Positions 59,607-64,000 of a stretch of DNA of 64,000 nucleotides are shown piece after piece. This stretch comes from an uncultured Candidatus Poseidoniales archaeon (lineage in GTDB: Archaea > Thermoplasmatota > Poseidoniia > Poseidoniales > Thalassarchaeaceae): positions 38,650-102,649 of the forward strand of contig CAWVXH010000002.1 in NCBI GenBank assembly GCA_963934165.1. The letters run 5' to 3'. The first letter of the stretch is position 1. Each line of letters starts with the position of its first letter. The notes below the pieces were generated by a model, which was not told the origin of the DNA, did no database searches, and worked only from the letters and a program-made list of their open reading frames with translations. Made by a program: the position numbers and the translations under genes.

Positions 59607-60941
59607 TCAAAGAATCTTTCCAATCGATTGACTGCGCATCGATATTCTCTTGAAAAGTTCATTGTGTGCTTCTGAGTCTATCTCCAGAATTAATCTCGAT
59701 ATTGCTGTTAATGAGTCTGGGTTTATTCTGCCTAATTCAAGTAATAATCCAGACAATTGAGAACGTGCGGAAAGGTTGGAACTTACCCATATTGACGGGA
59801 TTAAATTACCTGAATCTTTAGAATCAACAGACAAATAATACCTAATCCCTGATTCAACCAATCGTTGAATCATCCGTTCATCTCCACTTTCAATAACCAA
59901 TTTCGCAAATTCAGTAAAAGAAATTGTATCGGATCTTGAAAGACCTCCGAGATATGTAGTTGCCAAAATACGCGTGTCAGAATCGGGATTTATTAGCAAT
60001 TTTTTCATCAATTCCAATGCAAATTTAGGGTCGTCACTTTCAATCCTAGACAAATTCGATGCAACAGTTCTACGACCGAATATATCTTCGTGAAGAATCG
60101 CCGCAGAAAGAATTTCACGCGACCGCTCGGAATCGTTGGAAAAAGATTGAATTCCAGCCCTTATAAGAACTGCAAGACCATCACCTCGTGCTTGACTAAG
60201 AGCAGATTCTATACGATTTGGAATAGATAATACAGAAGAGACGTGGGGCCCAAGTGCTAAGTTTTCAAGCCAATAAGGCAAAATAGAATTCGCTGAATTC
60301 TCATTCATTGAAAGAATATCGAGTATTGCATTAGCGGCTAGCGTTCCGGTAGGGTGAGCGATTTCTTCGATGAAATCTGTCGTTTGGTTATCATTCCATT
60401 CCATGTGAAATGGCCCAGTCACTTTATTGATTGGCCAATTGCCAGGGGGACGTGCGACAACAATCGATGAAAATAAATGAAAACAACCATCCCTAGCGAT
60501 TTTTGAACTATTTAATGCCAATCCTATCAAAACACTCGATGCCAAATACCACCTATCCGCATTTGGAACGGATTCATCTAACGCTAAAATTAACCAGTCT
60601 TTTATTGTTAGAATTAGGATCTTTTCACCGATTAATTCTGCATTTTTTGAAATCCATTTTTCCCGACTAGCCTCTGGATCAATGTCTCTCTTGACATAAT
60701 CTGGCTCAATTGATTCGATTACCATTTCGAGCCGGTATCTGAAGCCTGCTCTATCACTAGATGTAATCCCAAGGGCTTGCTGCGCTAAATCGGTTGAATC
60801 GGCCGGAGGTAGAGCAGGAAAATCGGGTAATTCAAGCGGAGGGTGGGGTAGAGGTTCATATTGAAAAGCAAGAAAAATTGAGGATTTCATCAATTTGGTG
60901 TGTGCATCCCAAACGAGGGCGCTAGCCTCTCGTCGAACCAT
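59607..60941 (-). CDS. hypothetical alpha-helical protein
   Basis: 444 aa, Leu/Ser-rich, probably a helical repeat. It sits 16 nt from TFB on the same strand. Confidence 0.4.
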   Translation of the reverse strand: MVRREASALVWDAHTKLMKSSIFLAFQYEPLPHPPLELPDFPALPPADSTDLAQQALGITSSDRAGFRYRLEMVIESIEPDYVKRDIDPEASREKWISKNAELIGEKILILTIKDWLILALDESVPNADRWYLASSVLIGLALNSSKIARDGCFHLFSSIVVARPPGNWPINKVTGPFHMEWNDNQTTDFIEEIAHPTGTLAANAILDILSMNENSANSILPYWLENLALGPHVSSVLSIPNRIESALSQARGDGLAVLIRAGIQSFSNDSERSREILSAAILHEDIFGRRTVASNLSRIESDDPKFALELMKKLLINPDSDTRILATTYLGGLSRSDTISFTEFAKLVIESGDERMIQRLVESGIRYYLSVDSKDSGNLIPSIWVSSNLSARSQLSGLLLELGRINPDSLTAISRLILEIDSEAHNELFKRISMRSQSIGKIL

Positions 60942-60956
60942 ATATATGTCACCGAC

Positions 60957-61883
60957 TTAAATCTCAAGTTCAATGTTCAAATTTTGGATTAATTCCTTGT
61001 ATCGATTACGGATTGTGACTTCGGTTACTCCAGCAACTTCTGCTACTTCCCTCTGAGTGCGGCGCTTACCACACAACACACTTGCGATGTAAATAATCGA
61101 GGCTGCAATCCCAGTTGGGCCACGGCCACTGGTCAATTCCTTTTCTTGTGCCGCTGCAATCAATTCGTATGCCTTAGCCTGAACTTCAGCATCAAGATCG
61201 AGGCCAGAACAAAACCGAGGAATATAATCTTCGGGCTTGGTTGGAGGAATCTTCATTTTCAATTCTCTAACCATGAAACGATAGGTTCGTCCGATTTCTT
61301 TTCGGCCGGTTCTGCTTGCTTCACCAATCTCATCAAGAGTCCTTGGATTCTGACATTGTCTGCATGCAGCGTAAAGAGATGCAGCTGCAACTCCTTCGAT
61401 AGAACGGCCACGAATTAAACGGGCTTCAACTGCTTTCTTGTAATTCACAGCAGCAGCTTCACGAATTGACTTAGGCAAATCAAGGCGACTTGCCATACGA
61501 TCCAATTCAGCGAGAGCCATTGCGAGGTTACGCTCGGTTGCATTGCTCACACGCGAGCGCTTCTGCCACTTTCTCATTCGGTAAAATTGTGAACGATATC
61601 TTGAAGAAATTGCTTTACCTGAATAATCTTTGTTTTGCCAATCAATATCTGTCGATAACCCCTTGTCGTGCAACATCACGGTCATCGGTGCACCGGTACG
61701 GGCTCGTTGGTCACCTTGTTCTGGGCTGAATACACGCCATTCGGCGCCTTGGTCAATTACCTTGTCCTCAAGCACCAACCCACAGTCATCACAAACGACC
61801 TCGCCACGAGTTTCGTCTCGATTTAGATTACGGCTTCCACATTCATCACATTTTACTGTGTCTTCTACAAGATAATCTGCCAT
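60957..61883 (-). CDS. tfb: transcription initiation factor IIB (TFB)
   Basis: N-terminal Zn ribbon CDECGS...CDDCG, B-finger, and two cyclin repeats. Start at MADYLVED. Confidence 0.9.
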   Translation of the reverse strand: MADYLVEDTVKCDECGSRNLNRDETRGEVVCDDCGLVLEDKVIDQGAEWRVFSPEQGDQRARTGAPMTVMLHDKGLSTDIDWQNKDYSGKAISSRYRSQFYRMRKWQKRSRVSNATERNLAMALAELDRMASRLDLPKSIREAAAVNYKKAVEARLIRGRSIEGVAAASLYAACRQCQNPRTLDEIGEASRTGRKEIGRTYRFMVRELKMKIPPTKPEDYIPRFCSGLDLDAEVQAKAYELIAAAQEKELTSGRGPTGIAASIIYIASVLCGKRRTQREVAEVAGVTEVTIRNRYKELIQNLNIELEI

Positions 61884-62010
61884 TCCATCGCCTCCTTTCT
61901 GAGAGAAAGGTAAAATACTCCGCCAAACCATCATATATAAAACTAACAAAATAATAATTAGGACTAAAGTCTACTAAATCACTAACTTACAAAGAAGAAA
62001 TATATTGAGA

Positions 62011-64000
62011 ATGGTGATATATCAGGCAGTCTTGGCAATAGATGTAATAGGTGCTCTGATGACCGTACAATGGCCTCCAGCAGAAATTTCTCTCACCCCT
62101 GGTAAGCGTGTGTTATTTCTTACAAAAAACCTTGAATTGATTCGAAAACAACTCTATGAAGGATTAAATCTCAAAATGAAGGACCTTTCCATCGAAGATC
62201 TTCTCGATGACATCAATACTGATGTAATGACTCCTGCCTGGGTTTGTTTTGACTATGAACCTGCAATAATAGCAGAAAATGCCTACGCTGGATTATTGCA
62301 TAATGGAAGACGGGTTTTCGAACCACAAGCATTGATTGATGGTGGGTTCGAAGTTATCGTATCTGGTCATAGAAAAGGTACCGGATCTAGTAGAGAGACT
62401 GCCCCGCAGTGTGAACGATGGTCTGGAATCCGAATTGTAATCGCTGCTTCATTCGCCCCAATTCATGAGCGAAATAACATAAATCTTGGTCAATTGATGG
62501 GTGACCACACCATGCTTGAAAGATTGCAAGATGGTGAGCAACTTTCATTGAATGAATTTACTGAAAAATACGATCCCGTAACTCGTTTAATTCTCGAAAA
62601 TGGAGGTCTTTTTCCATTCGCAAAGAATCTGGAATCTGGTAATGTTCAACTGCCGGAAGTTAGCCTTGAGAAACGGCCGATGACGATGGTTGAAAAAATA
62701 ATTTCAAACAAATTAATCGGAATGGAGGGCGCTCGTGGTTATGTCAAACCAAATGACGCCGTTCTGGCTTCTGTCGATGGAGGTTATTCACACGAGTTCA
62801 CTACGGCACAGGTTCATGAATTTTTGAAATTAGAATATGGTAGCGACTATTCTGTGCCGAATCCAAGCAAATTTGCTGTTTTCGAAGATCATTTATTGTA
62901 CGCGACTGGAGTTCCAAGATTCGGTAAATTTACTAACAAAATTCAACTTCTACGCGATTTACAAACCACATTTCAGGTTCACACTGGCGTTCGAGATTAT
63001 TCCGCGGAAGATGGTGTTTCACCAGGAATTTGTCATCAAGTAGCACGGGAAGAATTCATCGATGTTGGAGATTTCATCCAAGCCACAGATAGCCATACCT
63101 GCATGGGTGGGGCAAGTAACTCTCTTGCCTATGGCGTTGGTTCAACAGAATATGCAAATCTAATTCATAATCAATTTGCTTTCGTTAAAGTTCCAGAAAG
63201 CATCCGATTTAATCTAGTAGGGACTTTGGATGATGGTTGCACGGCTAAAGATATAATTTTACACATCCTATGGAAGTACGCTACAAACTCAGATACTCTC
63301 GATCGTAGCATGGAATTCGGCGGATCCGGGCTCACTAGTTTATCAATGGATGAGCGGGCAACTTTGTGCAATATGGCGACTGAATGCAGCGCAAAAACTG
63401 GAATTTGTGATGCTGATAATTTAACTGTCGAATGGCTATTAGATAGACGTCCTCATCTAACTGCAGAAGCCATTCGAGACTCTTTTGTTACTGCCGATTT
63501 GGATGCTGTCTACGATGGTGGCGTACACACTATCGATCTCGACAAAATACGCCCAATGGTCGCTCATCCAGGAAACCCCGATGAGGGTGTGCCATCCGAT
63601 CCAACAAATGGTGCCTATGTTTCTGACATTGGGAAAATCAAAATCAACATTGCTTACGCTGGCTCATGCACAGCTGGAAAAGAGGATGATTTTGCTTACT
63701 ATGCGGAAATTACCGAAGCTGCATTAGCAGCCGGAATGACAATTCATGAAGATGTTGAATGTTACATCCAGTTTGGTTCAAAGGCGGTTAAAGATTTGTC
63801 CGTGCGCAACGGTTGGACAGAAATGTTTGAGCGTGCTGGAATCAAGCTAATCGATCCAGGTTGTGGCGCTTGCATAGGCGCTGGTCCTGGAGTAAGCAAT
63901 ACGAAAGAACAGGTCAGCGTGTCAGCAATAAATCGAAATTTTCAAGGGCGGTCCGGACCAGGTGAACTCTATCTCGCTAGTCCATTGACCGTAATGGCAA
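62011..64000 (+). CDS. aconitase-family hydratase, domain-permuted (swivel domain first); 5' partial, continues beyond the window end
   Basis: Frame open from ATG at 62011 to the window end. That is why it is absent from the ORF track. The N-terminal roughly 200 aa carry GSSRE and IVIAASFAPIHERNNINLG, the LeuD-like swivel domain. Then come ICHQV, DSHTCMGGA, GCGACIGAGPG and NRNFQGRSG catalytic blocks. Confidence 0.75.
   Translation, partial: MVIYQAVLAIDVIGALMTVQWPPAEISLTPGKRVLFLTKNLELIRKQLYEGLNLKMKDLSIEDLLDDINTDVMTPAWVCFDYEPAIIAENAYAGLLHNGRRVFEPQALIDGGFEVIVSGHRKGTGSSRETAPQCERWSGIRIVIAASFAPIHERNNINLGQLMGDHTMLERLQDGEQLSLNEFTEKYDPVTRLILENGGLFPFAKNLESGNVQLPEVSLEKRPMTMVEKIISNKLIGMEGARGYVKPNDAVLASVDGGYSHEFTTAQVHEFLKLEYGSDYSVPNPSKFAVFEDHLLYATGVPRFGKFTNKIQLLRDLQTTFQVHTGVRDYSAEDGVSPGICHQVAREEFIDVGDFIQATDSHTCMGGASNSLAYGVGSTEYANLIHNQFAFVKVPESIRFNLVGTLDDGCTAKDIILHILWKYATNSDTLDRSMEFGGSGLTSLSMDERATLCNMATECSAKTGICDADNLTVEWLLDRRPHLTAEAIRDSFVTADLDAVYDGGVHTIDLDKIRPMVAHPGNPDEGVPSDPTNGAYVSDIGKIKINIAYAGSCTAGKEDDFAYYAEITEAALAAGMTIHEDVECYIQFGSKAVKDLSVRNGWTEMFERAGIKLIDPGCGACIGAGPGVSNTKEQVSVSAINRNFQGRSGPGELYLASPLTVMA

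Noticed and set aside
62011-64000. Short ORFs listed at 62837-63043, 63171-63371 and 63485-63727
   Set aside because: They sit inside or opposite the long aconitase frame, which lacks a stop in the window. They are alternative-frame artefacts.

Overview
This window reads as archaeal chromosome. It carries the archaeal information-processing genes MCM helicase, TFB, RpoN, ribosomal proteins L18e/L13/S9, a GatE-like N-terminus, Trm1, two PAC2-type proteasome-assembly-chaperone paralogs and three tRNAs. It is densely packed on both strands at a GC content of roughly 45% by eye. Inferred from gene content only: a planktonic Euryarchaeote of the Marine Group II (Poseidoniales) type. The signals for that are a 2650-aa secreted, single-pass membrane protein full of Asp-rich calcium-binding repeats, a bacterial-type NAD-dependent DNA ligase, and a complete fatty-acid beta-oxidation operon. 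Main blocks, left to right:
- gatE (partial), MCM, then a PPC-domain plus esterase pair.
- A branched-chain amino-acid (HAAT-family) ABC transporter operon with unusual fusions: one 1292-aa permease combining a LivH-like and a LivM-like half, and one 1078-aa lipoprotein binding protein with three binding domains.
- purM, trm1, moaA, an Nfu-type Fe-S protein, a PAC2 paralog, a pentapeptide-repeat operon, a hotdog thioesterase and two tandem tRNA-Arg genes.
- A PKD-domain surface protein.
- A DNA-end-processing cluster: a DnaQ-like 3'-5' exonuclease convergently overlapping a Cas4/RecB-like Fe-S nuclease, a second PAC2 paralog, and LigA.
- tRNA-Pro, rpoN, S9, L13, L18e.
- The giant adhesin-like protein with an embedded amicyanin-like blue-copper domain.
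- A panD remnant, RlmH, PduO-type adenosyltransferase, Nudix, DHH phosphoesterase.
- An 1130-aa protein with an RGG-rich N-terminus and a C-terminal PIN-like nuclease domain.
- A seven-gene beta-oxidation operon (thiolase, 3-hydroxyacyl-CoA dehydrogenase/enoyl-CoA hydratase, acyl-CoA dehydrogenase, hydrolase, acyl-CoA-binding protein, hotdog, nitronate monooxygenase) with palindromic operator-like repeats in its promoter.
- DEAD-box helicase, isocitrate dehydrogenase, OsmC, class II ribonucleotide reductase (NrdJ), TFB, and a domain-permuted aconitase running off the window end.
No CRISPR array, integrase or transposase was seen.
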